DNA of 64,000 nt from Narcine bancroftii (taxonomy: Eukaryota): assembly GCF_036971445.1 (NCBI RefSeq), contig NC_091478.1, positions 95,728,001 to 95,792,000 on the forward strand. Reading direction: 5' to 3'. Position numbers and translations under genes: made by a program. The first letter of the stretch is position 1, and the number at the start of each line of letters is the position of its first letter. The notes beneath the pieces were generated by a model. The model worked only from the letters and a program-made list of their open reading frames with translations, was not told the origin of the DNA and did not search any database. Shown piece by piece: positions 22,201 to 35,300 of this stretch.

Positions 22201-25200
22201 TGCTGTTGGGTGGTCGTGTGCTCTGAGGGTGATGCAGAAGGCTTCAGGGGATGTGGAATAGATAAGTGAATGGGTGATGGAAAAACATTGTAGGAAGTAT
22301 TTAACTGGTGAAAGGTTGAACAGATGGGCATCCTTGTGTCTGTATCACTAAAGGTTGGTTTGCAGGTTCAGCATACCAATTATAGGAGGACTTGAGTACA
22401 AGAGGTGCGTGGTGAGAGAGGAAATATGGAGAGCTAGTGGCTCAGTTTCGCCAAGTTGGTCAAGAGTGGCTTCTTGACTGCAGCAGTATCCAGAGACAAG
22501 AATTGGTCTAAATTCAATCTCCTTCCTTTCAGGGGATACATTCAATAGGTCCGTCCTGGTGGATGGGGAAGACGCCAACCTCCTCTTGTTTGATATCTGG
22601 GAACAGGTTGGTGCACACTCTTGTTACTGCTTCTCCCCTACAATGTGTGTGTGTATGTACATACACATACACATATACACACAAACACCTTGCATGTAGA
22701 ATTACACACATGCACACACATACATATGTATAGTGCAAATCAAGTTGTATGTCTACAGACTCAAGTTCATGATCACACACTTACACATTGAGGGTGGGAT
22801 GGGGGTGGTTAGTGCATGAATGCAAACCTCAGCTGGTTTCTGACCCCTCACTAAAGGAATGATTGTTAAGGCCAACCTTTATCCAGCTCCTTATTGGTTT
22901 GGGGTGGGGTAATGATTGCTGCCAGCAAGGGGTTCTGTGATGATCAAGTAGATCAGTAAAGCATTAAAGGAACTCATCGAGTCATAACATCACAGTCATA
23001 CAGCACAGAAACAGGCCCTTTGGCCCATCACCTCTATGCTGACCATCATCTCTATCTGTACTAATTCCATCCCCATCACTTTGACTATTCAAGTGGTTGC
23101 CAAAGTCCTTCTCTAGTGTTGTGACAATACCTGCCTCCACTGCCCACTCTGGCAGTGGGCCACTACACTCTGGCCTGAAACATTCTTCTCCTTACCCTCC
23201 ATTTTAGACTTGATCTGTGCCCCTGGTAATGTTGTACATCCTCTTAGCTTCCTCTGTTTCAAGGGAAACAAACCCAATCTCTCCTTGTAACTGAAACACT
23301 CCATCCCAGGCAATATCTCAGTGACTCTCCGCTGTGGAATCTCACCTTTCCTATAGTGTGGTAACCGGAACTACACACAATGCTTATAAAGTTGAACCAT
23401 AACTTCCCCGCACTTCTGTTCTAACAAAGACAATCCTTTTGCAACCACCTTTTCACCTTCAGGGATCCATGGATGCATACCAAGCTCCTTGTGTTCCTTG
23501 ACACTCCCTCAAATTCGACCATTCATGGTGTGTGTCCTATCCTCATTCTCTCAAAATGTGTCACTGACATTGCAAGAAGTGCTACACTTTCACCTATACC
23601 TCATCCCTCACCATTATTCAGGGCCCCAAACAGTCTCTCCCAGTGAAGCCACACTTTACAGGGATCATTTACTGCATCCGGTGCTCCTGATATGCTCCTC
23701 TACATTGGGTGCAGAGGAGGAGATCCTTTAATTGAGCACCTTCACTCTGTCCATTGCAATTCCAAAGACCTCCCAATGGCCAACCACTTGAATTCCACAC
23801 ACCATTGTCACACTGACATGTCTGTCCATGAACTCATGTACTGCCTGGTTGAGGCCACCAGCAAATTGGAGGAACACCACCTAGTATTCCCTCTCAACAA
23901 TCTCCAACCTGGTGGCATCAATATCGACTTCTCCAATTTCTATGACCCCTCCCTTGAGTCTCTGTCTTTTAATACCTCCCTGACACCTTTTCTTCAGCTC
24001 ACCGCCACCTTCTCCAGCACTTCTGTATACTGCACTAGACTCCAGCATGTGGGGATTTTCTTGTTTACCCTTTACATTTCTCAGGATTAAATTCCATCTG
24101 CCATTGCTCTGTCATCTTGCCAACTGATCAACATTCTGTAGCCTGTCGCTGTCCTTGGATCCTTCCTATCACTGATCCCAGAACTGCATGCAGAACTCCA
24201 GCAAGGTTTTGTAACCAGGGGATCCTGCTTTTGAATCTTGTCAGAGGCCTCAAGTCCTCTTCAAAGGGCAAAAGTAGCAGGTGGGGTTTGGTGAGGGTGG
24301 GGAGGGGTAATGGGCAGGTCTGGAGGATGGAAATGGGTGAGACTGATCGACCCACCGGTCTAGGACTTGCTCATTCTAATCGGCTGTGTGGTGTTTCCTG
24401 ACCACGAGAAGTGGGAGTTTCCCTGACCTGGCTCAGTCGCAGGATGGGACCAATGCAAAGGGCAGACCTAATGGGGGCACAGAGTGGTCCCAAGAAATGG
24501 GGCTCAATGGCAAGGTTTGGCTCAGTATGCTTGCTGGTATCTTGAGTGTAAAACCTTTGTTCACCTTTCAAGGATGACACCAACTGGATCCGTGATCACT
24601 GCATGAAGCTGGGAGACGCCTACATCATTGTATACTCGGTGACCGACAGGGCCAGCTTTGAGAAGGCTTCTGAGCTGAGGATCCAGCTGAGGAGAGTGAG
24701 GCAGGCTGAAGACATTCCCATAATCCTGGTTGGGAACAAGACTGATCTGGTTCGGACCAGAGAGGTGTCAGTGGATGGTGAGTCTTCATCACATATGGGA
24801 AGGCCAATGTTTAAACTGGTGAGATAGGATTTCATGGGTGACTTGATAGAGATGTACAAGATTATGAGGGTCATAGATAAGGTGGACAGCCACCACTTTT
24901 TTCCTGGGGCAACAATAGCAAACAGAGGACATCTATTTAAGGTGAATGGAGGAAAGTTTAGGAGATGTCAGAGGTTGCCTGGAATGCTTTGCTGGGGGTG
25001 GTGGTGTTACAATAGGGACATTCAAATGGTTTTTAAATAGGCACATGTGTCTAGGAAAAATGGAGGGTTGTGCATGTGAGGAAGGTTTACATTGGTCAGC
25101 CCAACATCATGGGCCAAAGGGTCTGTGCTGTAATGTTCTATATTCTAATGTTCAGCCTGAGGGCAGGATCTCAGAGTTTAAAATATTCAAGTTTTACCAG

Positions 25201-25726
25201 GGGACCAGGCCAATATTCCAAGAAATGACACGGGAGCAGTGTCTAGTGACTAGGCAAGTACTTAGTTAATCACTGGGATTCCTGGACTGAGAGGTTATCT
25301 GTCGCTAGGTGGCTGAAGAAGTTGGATCAGTATTCTTTAGGGTTGAGAAGAATGATGGGTGATCTTATTGAAGCAACGCCTCTTTGCCTGCATGTTGGTT
25401 GCTTCTATCTGCCTGTTGGAATGCTGACGATTTGTGTTTCCTCTGCAGAGGGCAGATCATGTGCTGTGGTCTTCAACTGCAAGTTCATTGAGACATCAGC
25501 CGCTCTGCACCACAACGTGAGGGACCTGTTTGAGGGCATCATCCGTCAGATCCGCCTGCGCAGAGACAGCAAGGAGGACAATGAGCGGCGACTGGCCAAT
25601 GCCAAGAGGCGGGAAAGCGTTGGGCAGAAGGCCAAGCGCTTCCTGGGCCGGATTGTGGCCAGAAACAACAAGAAGATGGCCTTCAAACAAAAGTCCAAGT
25701 CCTGCCACGACCTGTCAGTCCTCTGA
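18917..25726 (+). CDS. RRAD: GTP-binding protein Rad (RGK family), complete, 296 aa
   Basis: Join 18917-19250, 22533-22606, 24573-24777, 25449-25726 = 891 nt. MTLN start, HRRSMPVDERE, G1 GGHGVGKS, RGK-type G3 DIWEQ, G4 NKTD, G5 ETSA, polybasic tail ending KSKSCHDLSVL. Confidence 0.96.
22533..22606 (+). CDS. RRAD: RRAD coding exon 2 (74 nt)
   Basis: cctttcag| (G)DTFNRSVLVDGEDANLLLFDIWEQ |gttggt. Confidence 0.93.
23570..23950 (+). mobile_element. Penelope-like element GIY-YIG endonuclease fragment
   Basis: LLYIG..EHLHSVH...LPMANHLNSTHH..KLEEHHLVF..LQPGGINIDFSNF (ORF 23692-24090). Confidence 0.8.
24573..24777 (+). CDS. RRAD: RRAD coding exon 3 (205 nt)
   Basis: tttcaag| DDTNWIRDHCMKLGDAYIIVYSVTDRASFEKASELRIQLRR...ILVGNKTDLVRTREVSVD |gtgagt. 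Confidence 0.94.
25449..25726 (+). CDS. RRAD: RRAD coding exon 4 (278 nt to stop)
   Basis: ctctgcag| (E)GRSCAVVFNCKFIETSAALHHNV...SKSCHDLSVL*. Confidence 0.95.
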
Positions 25727-27341
25727 TACCAGACTGGGCAATGTCAGCCATCAGCAGGCCTGTGTGTCCTCAAGTGGAATGAGATATGTTGTTGCTCAGA
25801 CAGCTTGTTGGGATCCAACTATACAAAATGGATGTGAGAAGCTGCCCAACGTGCGAGGGGTGGTGGGTGGGTGGGTGGGGGAGCTGCTTCTCCTGACACT
25901 GTCGTGGTTGCTGCATCTGGAGCTGTGATGTCCCCTCCATTCCCGGAACCTTAGAGCAAGTCCTACCTCTTTCACTTTGAGCATAAGCACCTTGTCCCTA
26001 GTGGTAGGGTGATGTCTTTGGGCAGTCCACATCCAGAGCTCCCCACTGCTATCTTCCTGTCAGTGAGAGTGGTGTGGGGGCAGGGCTCCAGTGCCATTGT
26101 AGGCACCCAGTGGATGGGGTGACATTGCTAGCTGATTGCTACCAGGTTGTCGGGAATGATCAAGTGGTGCATCTCCTGCTAACCCACAAATTCCTGTCAT
26201 TGAAGACAAGCAAATAGCTGTAGTTCATTTCTCTGTGACCATTAAGGGTGTGATATAGAGGGGAATCTTTCCAATGTGGACCTCCTTGGATGGTGGCCAG
26301 GTTCTATCTCTGGTTGGTGGGAACCAGGTTAACTGGATGATAGGCAGGGATTGCCAGTGCTATGGGACAGGCCCCAAGCTAGTCCGGCAACTTAGGACAG
26401 ATTGCACTGGCTCCTCCAGACTGGGCAGACTGCTTTGAAGGTGGTATGCGGAAGATCAGCAGGTGCTGGGCCATGGAATCGTCCTCCATCTCAATGGTAG
26501 GGGCAGAGTGCTGTTTCCAGTGTTTTGAGCCACTGAAGGCTTCGGGAAGGGTGATGAAAGTGAGGGATCCAGCTCAGAAAGAGCTGGTGCTGAGACCGTG
26601 ACAGGGAGCAGGTATTTAGGGAGGATATTTGACAGAAGAGGATCTGTCTCCTGTAGGCAGGTGAGGAAGGCCCTCCTGGTGCAGGCCAGAAGAATCCCAG
26701 TTACAAAGGCTCCCCCCTCTTTCCAACCTTCGATCCAAGGGGCAATCAGAAGGGATGTGCGCTCCCGCACCAGCCTGTTACACCATCACAGATGAAGTTT
26801 CACAGAGGAGTCGGGGGCCAGCTTTTGGGAGATGCAACTATTCTGGCTCTCTGCTGCCCATCACACAATGCTCAATGGAATGTTGGGAAGGAATCCATGT
26901 GTGAAGCTGGGGAATCTGATCTGGGGACTGCATTCTATTTCATCTGAGGCCGGCACTGGTGGGAGGGGGGGATGGAGAGTGTGGGGCCTTTGGGTGCAGG
27001 AGTTAAATTTAATGATCCCTAGTTCCCGATTTAATCTGTACCCCGAGCAACAAAGTCTAACGTTTGTAAGTTTATTGAAAATGGACAGAATAAAGGGAAA
27101 CCAAAGAGAGGTCACACATGCCTGGCAACTTGTGAAGTGCGCAGGCCCGTACATCACTGAGGATGTTTGGACATGTAATGATCAAAGAACAGGTGGGCAG
27201 CTGATGAGAAACAACTTAATAACTGAGCAATAAGATGTCATTACTGCGGTTCACTGTTAGCTCCACTCTAGTTCATTTCTGTTTAATATTGCTGTATTCA
27301 AATGATTTCCTAATTGTTTACATATCAATTTTTGTATTTAA

Positions 27342-27347
27342 AATAAA
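27342..27347 (+). terminator. Candidate RRAD polyadenylation signal (3' UTR ~1.6 kb)
   Basis: AATAAA in an AU-rich block with a downstream U-rich tract (ttattttttacc). An alternative AATAAA lies at ~27089. Confidence 0.55.
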
Positions 27348-27588
27348 ATTTATTAAGCATTGCAACAAGTGCACTGATTTATTTTTTACCTGGCAGAGCA
27401 ACTGTATCACGCTTGCAACATAATGAAAAGAACTAGTGTAGAAAAAAATACAATTGATTAAAATCTCACCCAATGTTAAACCCCTCCCTCACACCATCTC
27501 TTGGTGACCCCTCTCCCTCCATGCCCAGTGTCACTGATGTTAATCCCACTCCCTCAGTGATCTCTTGTCCCCAGCACCCAGTGTCAGT

Positions 27589-28343
27589 AGCTCCTTTCAC
27601 AGGAATTAACAGCCAATCGGCCTTTAAAGTGTCTAGTGTGAAAGCAAAATCAGCTCAACACCGGCATCAGATGATGTCATCTCATGACAGGGATTGATGG
27701 CCCCGACCCCCTAGTACAATCACTGGTGTCTGCAGATGCCATTGTTTCAGTCAGGCAAGTGTAGAATGACCAATTGCATTGTGGGATTGAAATGACCCAA
27801 GATTTTGTGTAAGTGGAGGAAGGTGAAGGAAAAGATAAAAATGAAGGTATTAACTTTGCTGTTGAAAAGTTGCAGCGGGAGAGAGAGAGAGAGAGGGGAA
27901 ATAAATAGCAATAAATATCAATAGCAGACAATTTTTAAACAGTGTGGGAAAGTTGCTAGTGCTATTGCACAATTTATAAAGATCATGGGAAAATGCTACA
28001 AACTTTCCCACGCTGTATAAAAATTGTCCATAATTGCTAGCATTTTCCCATGGTCCCTTGTAAAGGATTATATTGGCCGGCACAACAACAACAGGGGCAG
28101 AAGGGCTCATACTGTGCTGTACATAAAGCTTTATTATGTTATAATTAGGCATTATTAATTTTGTTTATATATAAGATCATAATAGATTGATCAGGATTTA
28201 GGGCAGGTTCACCATTGCTCCTTGCAAGTGTGAAAGCGTTCAGTGTCCCAGTTAGGAGTGGTCAAGTGTGAAAAGCCAAACCCCCTTTCCTATCCTAGGA
28301 CACTGAATGGTCAATTTAGTGGGATGCAAGTGTGAAAGGGGCT
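27589..28343. mobile_element. Non-autonomous DNA transposon, Harbinger/PIF-like
   Basis: TIRs AGCTCCTTTCACA (27589-27601) and TGTGAAAGGGGCT (28331-28343), 12/13 match; repeated subterminal AAGTGTGAAA motifs. Confidence 0.5.
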
Positions 28344-28559
28344 ATTGACTCTTCTCGACTGTGCAAATTTGAGTCGATGGTGCCCTCTGTGTCCTTGACC
28401 TATATCTCCTCAGACAACATCATGTAATGAAACAGGTTATCTGGCTAGTATTGGCTTGCAGTTTGTGGAACCTTGCTGTGCCAACAAATGGCTGAAGTTT
28501 AGAAGTTACAATGGAGACTCATCACAACTACTCCATAGGCCATACAGCGGCTGTTAGGT

Positions 28560-28770
28560 GTGGGGGTGCACAGTAACAGGCCCTTCTGGCCTATGAGCTA
28601 GCACCACCCTTGTGACTAATTAACCCACAAACTCCATATGTCTTTGGACTGCTGGAGGAAAGCTACATGGTGAATGGGAGAATGAACAAACTCCTTGCAG
28701 ACAGCAGCGGGTTTGAACCCGAGTTGCTGGTGCCATAATAGCATTGTTCTAACTGCTACACTACCTGTGC
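28560..28770 (-). mobile_element. tRNA-derived SINE (HE1/V-SINE-like)
   Basis: Reverse strand shows A-box-like GGTAGTGTAGCAGTT and B-box GGGTTCAAACCC, then the conserved body. Related copies lie at ~35010-35320, ~38270-38505, ~38795-38895 and ~61095-61325. Confidence 0.7.
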
Positions 28771-28941
28771 TGCCTGGCTTAGGCACATGGATGTAAGAAA
28801 AATGGTCGGTAATGGGCTTTGGTTAGGGCAGGGTTAGGCTGATGTGGAGTAGGTTTTCATAGATTGGCTGAAGGCCCCGTTCTGTTTTATGTTCTACTGT
28901 TGGCAAACAGTCTGATTCTGGGCATTGATGCACTCACTCTG

Positions 28942-28978
<37 letters not shown>

Positions 28979-29024
28979 CTACTCTGTAACTGTGTGGCTA
29001 AAGCTTTCCAATCATGTTAGAAAT

Positions 29025-29395
29025 AACATAAAACCATAGAACATTACAGCACAGAATCTGGCCCCTTTGGTCTTTCTTGTCAAAGCCGAACCCTTTTTAT
29101 GCCTCATCCCATTGACCCATAGGCCTTCATACCTCTCACATCCATGTACCTGCTCAAGTTCTTCTTAAATGTTAAAATTGAGCCCACATTTACCACTTCA
29201 GCTGGCAGCTCATTCCACACCCACTACTCTCTGTGAGAAATTCCCTCTCATGTTCCCCCTAAATTTTTTCTCCTTCACCCTTAACCCATGTCCTCTGGTT
29301 TGTATCACACCTACCCTCAGTGGAAAAAGCCTACCTGCATTTACTCTGTCTATACCCCTCATAATTTTAAATACCTCTATCAAATCTCCCCTCAA
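29025..29395 (-). mobile_element. Well-preserved CR1 3' end
   Basis: ORF 29210-29398: LRGDLIEVFKIMRGIDRVNAGRLFPL..TRGHGLRV..FRGNMRGNFSQRVV. Confidence 0.85.
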
Positions 29396-31439
29396 CACAC
29401 ATGAACTCTGCAGCCTGGTAGGAGGGGGAAGTGGAGCCAGGCACAGGCAATGATGAAATCCTTGCCCTACCTCGGTAGAAATGGGAACAGTGAAAAAGAT
29501 CCATCCTGTTCACCCAACCCTTGAACATATGACCTCAGAGTCATGATGGTCATGGACAGGATACATCAGCAAATCTTCTCTCAGGTCAAAAGAAACCATA
29601 GAAAGAGAGGCCCTCAGGGATATTGGTGGTGATAACCTAAGAACAACCATTGCAGAAGAAAGAGCTGAGCTTGTATGTTGGAGAACATCGCAGCCCCCAT
29701 CAAGATGAGCAGACCAGTCCACCTCACTCAGGTAATGTTAAGATCTAAACCATGAGTCTTGCCATTGAGAACAATGAGTGCTGAGTTAGAACAGGGAATC
29801 AAATGTGGAGTTATTGGAAATTATTATATGTCAACATGTCCAATGACTGGAGTATGATGAAGACCAAGTTCTGCTAAACCTTTGTTCCAAACATCAGTTG
29901 ATACCCTTTTGGTTATAGGGTTGATATCTCTCTTTCTTCTTGTCTATCTCTCAATGTCTCTCTCTTTGCCTTCTCTCTCTCTCTCACCCTTTCCATTTCT
30001 CATGCTTCACTCCATGTCTCTCTGTTGAACCCCCTCTCTGCTTCTTTATTTCTGTTTATTTTTCTTTCTCTCTGTGCTTTCTCCTTCTCTATTTCTTTGT
30101 TTCTCTCTTTATACTCTCTGCTGTTCCTCTCTTAATCTTGTTGTTTCTTTCTTCCCTCCCTGTCACTATACCTTGTTGAATCCCTGTCTCTCTCTCTCTC
30201 CCTCCCATTTTCCCCACTTTATCTGATATCATGCATGTTTTTTTTTCTCCGTCCAGCTTTATTTTTATTCATCAACAGGATGTGGGAGTTGTTGGCACAA
30301 CCAGCATTTCTTTGTTACGTGACACCCACACACCTGTGGATCTAGAGCCGTGGGGACTACAGCAGGTAGATTTCTCTTATATATAACTTTCTTTTAGCTG
30401 TTTCTCCCCCTCCATCTCGAACTCTACTTGTGTGGGGTCCTCCTCTTCTGACATTTTTCTGTTTCTCTTCCACCCTCATCCTTTTGATTTGCTTTTACCT
30501 CCCCCCACCTCCGTGTCACACTGAACCCCTGAAGTTTATACTACCTGCTTCCCACCTCCCCCCCCCCCCCCCCCCCCATACCAATTCATTTCACTGGAAA
30601 AGGATGTGAGCACAGAAGGGGTGTGAAATAAGAGAAGGTGCAAATGCAGTTACCTTGTGGAATTAAACGGTTGCTCTGGGTAGAACAGAAAATCAATGAT
30701 TAACAGTATTTTATTAAGGATTTATAAAGGGTCGTTTCCATGCACGGGGACAAACCTGAGGCACGGATTAGAGCAGGTAAGACCAGTTCTTCTTGATGCT
30801 TTGTTGTTGATTATTATCTTTCTTTTAAGTTCCAGATTAAAAGTGAGGATGTATATGAAAAGTGGATGGACCGGAACAGAGCTAGTGAGGGAACAAGGGT
30901 GCAGTGATAGGTGCCTGTCCTTATCCATAGGAAAATCTCAGCCATGCGTTCAAACCAGAGGTCTGCCAACTTTCTAACTTTCAGAAATCACCAGTCAAAA
31001 TCTGGGGAAACTTTTCAGAATCTTTGTATTTGAAATGTGGAAATGAGTGAATTAGAAAAAAACAAGATATTGGAAATATTTTTCTTCATATTGTCCACTG
31101 GGGTCATTGAGTCACACTGCATGGAAACAGGCCCTTCAGCCCAACCTGCCCTTGATGACCAAAATGTTCCACCCACACGAGCCCCACCTGCCCTCTAAAC
31201 TCATTTTATCCATGGATCTGTCCAAATGTTTCTTAAACATTGTTCTTTAGGGATGAAAAAAGATGTGAGCAAGTCAGTTGCTCGGAGCACGGGTTTTATA
31301 GTTCATGTTATGCTTTGTATTATAATCAAGGTCACCCTGGATCCCTCGAATTTGCCTTGGAATAATTTTATTGCAGTAATTACAGTGAAATTAACTGGAG
31401 GCAAAACTATGAACAGGAAGAAACTGTAAATGGTTGGAA

Positions 31440-31860
31440 TTGGGAAGGAAGGGAGAGAGGAGAAAATGAGGGGGATAAAATAAGCAGAGAGGGCAAAAGG
31501 AGAATGAGAGAGTAGGATAGGAAGAGAGATTAGTATCCCAAGGAGAGAGACAGAGACTGGAGGGAGAGAGAGAACAGACGAGGGCCTGAACAAGAGAGGA
31601 GAGAGTACAATATTTAAAAAAGGAGAGGCAGATGGGTAGATAGAGGTGAATGTGAGGCAGACGGTGTAAGAGTGATAAAGTATGTGAGGTATCTATAGAG
31701 ATGTGAGAGGAGAGAAAGTGGGTGGGGGAAGAGGCAGAGAGAGAAAGAGGAAGGAAAAAGGGGGAATGAGAGGGGAGGGAGAGAGAGAGAGAGGGAGAGA
31801 GAACGGGTGGGGGGGAAGAGAGAGAGAGAGGGAGAGAGAGAGAGAGAGAGTGAAAGGGGA
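31440..31860. repeat. (GA)-rich low-complexity tract; mirrored by a (CT)-rich tract at ~29930-30210
   Basis: Direct base composition. Confidence 0.8.
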
Positions 31861-32091
31861 GCTTTGGAAATAAATACCAAGGAGTCCAAGGAGATTAGCC
31901 ATTGAGATGTGACTGCAGTTCAGAGCTGGGCGAGAGTGATGCTGCCAATTTAATGGCCAACCCTCTCTGCAAGGTCACAGTCTCACTGCTGACATTGACT
32001 GGTTTTTTAAGAATGGGTTTCCTGAGGCCTTTTCCATTTCTGGGCATTTCATTAACAGCTGATATACTTCCATTCTACAGACTCCACAACA

Positions 32092-32133
32092 ATGATTCCC
32101 ATGGGGTTTCTGCCCATCAAGGAGTTCATCCAG
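32092..32133 (+). CDS. CDH16: CDH16 coding exon 1 (MIPMGFLPIKEFIQ)
   Basis: Acceptor cattctacag| at 32080; ATG 32092 (alternative in-frame ATG 32101); strong donor CAG|GTGAGT; phase 0 fits the next exon and completes a signal peptide. Confidence 0.65.
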
Positions 32134-32292
32134 GTGAGTAACCAGACAATTCCCCGAAACCATCATATTTGGGTGTAGAAGCGCAGAGTTTCATTTTGCC
32201 TCTTGGTGCTTGCTTCTCTCGGTAATTTTTTTTTTACCATTTTCCCTCTTTCTCACTCCCAGCTTTGCTCTCATATTTTTCTTTTCCTTCAT

Positions 32293-32329
<37 letters not shown>

Positions 32330-35300
32330 TGAAGACTAATTTCTCTCACAAGTTCTTTTCACCTTCTAATACACAAAGGTGCCTGAGAAACTCAGCTGGT
32401 CATGCAGCATCCATAGGAACTAAAGGGAACCCAAAGTTTCAGGTCTGGGCCTAATTCTGTTAACTTCCCTCCTCCTGGAAACCCTTTGTCATTCTCACCC
32501 ATTCTCTACTTCTCCCTCACTTGATTTCATCTCATGCTCTCATTTCCTTCAATGTTCTTTCTGTTCCATGTCTGTATTCCCCCTCCTGCTCACTATCTTT
32601 TCCAGTTGACCGCTCAAAGTTGTTTCCCATTTCTCTGTGTTTGTTTGAAGTATCACCTCTAGCTGAGCTGTCAAACTCCCATCTTCCTTCACATGCAGAT
32701 TTTAATTTAACCGTTCAAGGAGTTCCTATTGATGTTTCCCTCAAAATTAGTCAATCAACTGACACCATTGAGGTGTGAAATGAAAACAATAATTGCTGGA
32801 AACACTCAGCTGGTCAGGCAGCATCTGCAGAAAGAAAAACAGTAGGGCCTTTCAAACTACCATGTAAAATGGGGTTAACCGGGCAAATTGCCTGGTTAGC
32901 ACCCCAGTTATGCAGCAGTTAGAAAGTGTCTGACCTGGTCAACCCCGTCAGAATCCAACCTGGTCCCTGATCTACCTCAGAGATTGTCAGGGGACCCAGT
33001 TAAACTTACCTAGGTCGCGTCCACAGGCGATTTAAAAATGAAAACGGCCGACCTGCTTATTCCAGTGATGTCAGTGCTTGCATGTCAGCGTCCAAACATC
33101 TGGCAGTACTTCTGGTGCGTTCGTGACACATCATTGCGGGGGCAGGATCCCCCTTAAATCGCCAGGTTGGCAATTTAATGAGTCGATCCCCCTACAATTT
33201 AAAAGGTGCTTCCAGCATCTTTGCCCCTGTAATTGGACCTGGGTCCCAAGAGGGCTACCCAGGCACTGCAGTTTAAAAGAGGTCAGAGAATGTTTCAGGC
33301 CCTGGAATCTTCATCAGAGCTTTAATCTCGAGATAGGTTGGCCATGTTGGAGTTTGAGGGATTGGTTACTCCATTCCCTTTGTTGCCAAGGTGACTCCAA
33401 TTAAATTTACTTCATAAAAACTGCTGAGGATGTCCTAAAACTGAAGGTGAAAGCATTCTAGAGATGCAGTTAAATAGGAACGTCTGCAGATACTGTGATT
33501 GTAGTGTATTACACAAAAGTGCTGGAGGAGCTCAGCAGATCTCACAGAAGAAACAAAGATATATAACTAACGTTTCAAGCCTGAGTCCTTTGTCAAGGTA
33601 CGAGCTGAATAAAAAGACAGGGAGGAGGGAAGAAGGGGCAGGGGGAGGGACACAGGCTAACTGCGAGGCCATACATGAATATGGATGGCAGAGGGCAGGA
33701 GGAGCTGGAAGGAAGGAGATGGGGAAAGAGAGAGACAGGAAAGGGGTCTAATAGAAATGATGTTAATGCTATCTGGTTGGAGAGTGCTCAGTCAGAATAT
33801 TGGGTGTTGTTCCTTCAAAATGTACTGGAGGTGGAGGGCATTTGGGTGCAATTGGCTAGCACAGGCTCGAGGGCCAAAGGGCTGGTTACCATGATTGAAA
33901 TGGAATGTCTCTAAGAGGACCCTGATGTTGCAGCAGATGGAATGAAGGTGCTCAACGAAATGATCTCCCAGTCTGCTTCCGGTCTCTCCAATGAAGATAT
34001 CAGGAATGCTCATCTTTTCTCTCCCAGCTCTGACCCAAACCTCTGGCACACATCTGGGGATCTGCTGCTAAGGATGGGGGCTTCATGCTGATGGGAAGGT
34101 GGGGGCCACAACTGCCCCTGGACTGGATTTGTAGGTCACAACCTCTGGTTTCCTCATTGTTCCTTCCTGTGGATCTGCATTCCTGCACAGGGTTCTAAAA
34201 CGTTCAGGTCTGTGAAGATCTAACAAGTCACGAGGAGGTTTAAATCAGAGATACAGTGAATGGTCACAGTCCTTTTCTCAGTGTCAGTGAGTAAAACTAA
34301 AGGCATAGGTTTAGGGTGAGAGGGAAACAATAAAAGGGATCAGCTCCGATCCCCAACACCTCCCCACCGCCATCGCCGATCCTGCCCGGGAGCCCAAGGT
34401 CCCTGCTCTGATCCCAGCCCAGAGGCATCAGCATAAAACAACAAAGAACAAGGGAAGATTTTTCAAGCAGGAAATAAAGTTTAATTCTTACCAAAAAACA
34501 ACATAATCTTTTCTTACAAAGATAAGATAAATGCAACAACAGTCAAAATAATGGTAACAACACACCAGAGACCCACTTGAGCACGGCAGGTTAAAAAATG
34601 TTTCAACTTGTGATGTCATGTCGCCGTGGAAAAGTTTTTCAGATAACTGAGAATTTCGGTAAGGTGGTTTTCGGACAATTGGAAAAGTACCATGAATATA
34701 AATATTTCAGGATCATTTACTCAGCTGCAAGATACTGTTCATCAATCTCACAGCTTGTGAGAAGAAACTATTTCCCAGCCTGGCAGTCCTGATTTTGAAT
34801 CTCCTCTCCCTCCTTTTTGATGGTCATGGGTTGAAGATGCTGTGAGCTGGATGGAGCCATTCTTGCATCTCAGTCAATGAGTAATCACCAATTTAAAATG
34901 ATCATTCCATGGGATCTTTCTGTATGTACATTAATTCTCCCATTCCCTGCATTATAAGATAGTCAGCACTTCTGGATGCACCTCTCATTGGTTTGATTTT
35001 CTGTGTCTCAAGGTCACTACTACAGAGAAGCAGGTTCAATCCCAACCTCTGCCGCTGTCTGTGAGAGATTTGCACATTCTCTTGTAACTGCTTGGGTTCC
35101 TCAAGGTGCTCCAGATTCCTCCCGCATCTCACAGACATGCTGGTTCATGGGTTACTCAGTTGCTATGTGTCACTGCCTAGCATGTGTGAGAGAGGGTTAC
35201 AAATCAGGGGTGGGTGGAGTTGATGGGAATATGCAGAGAATAGAATAGGATTGGTATAGAATAGTGGTTGATGGTCAGCATAGACTCAATGGGTCGAAGG

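Noticed and set aside
23692-24090. Possible nested nuclease gene in an RRAD intron
   Set aside because: Frameshifted Penelope GIY-YIG fragment with several other decayed copies in the window.
25322-25448. 5' extension of the last RRAD exon suggested by the ORF track
   Set aside because: Intronic read-through including a CR1 scrap (LRRMMGDLIE); the true acceptor is at 25448.
28560-28770. tRNA gene (A/B boxes; also ~35030, ~38460, ~61270)
   Set aside because: No cloverleaf, and each is attached to a SINE body.
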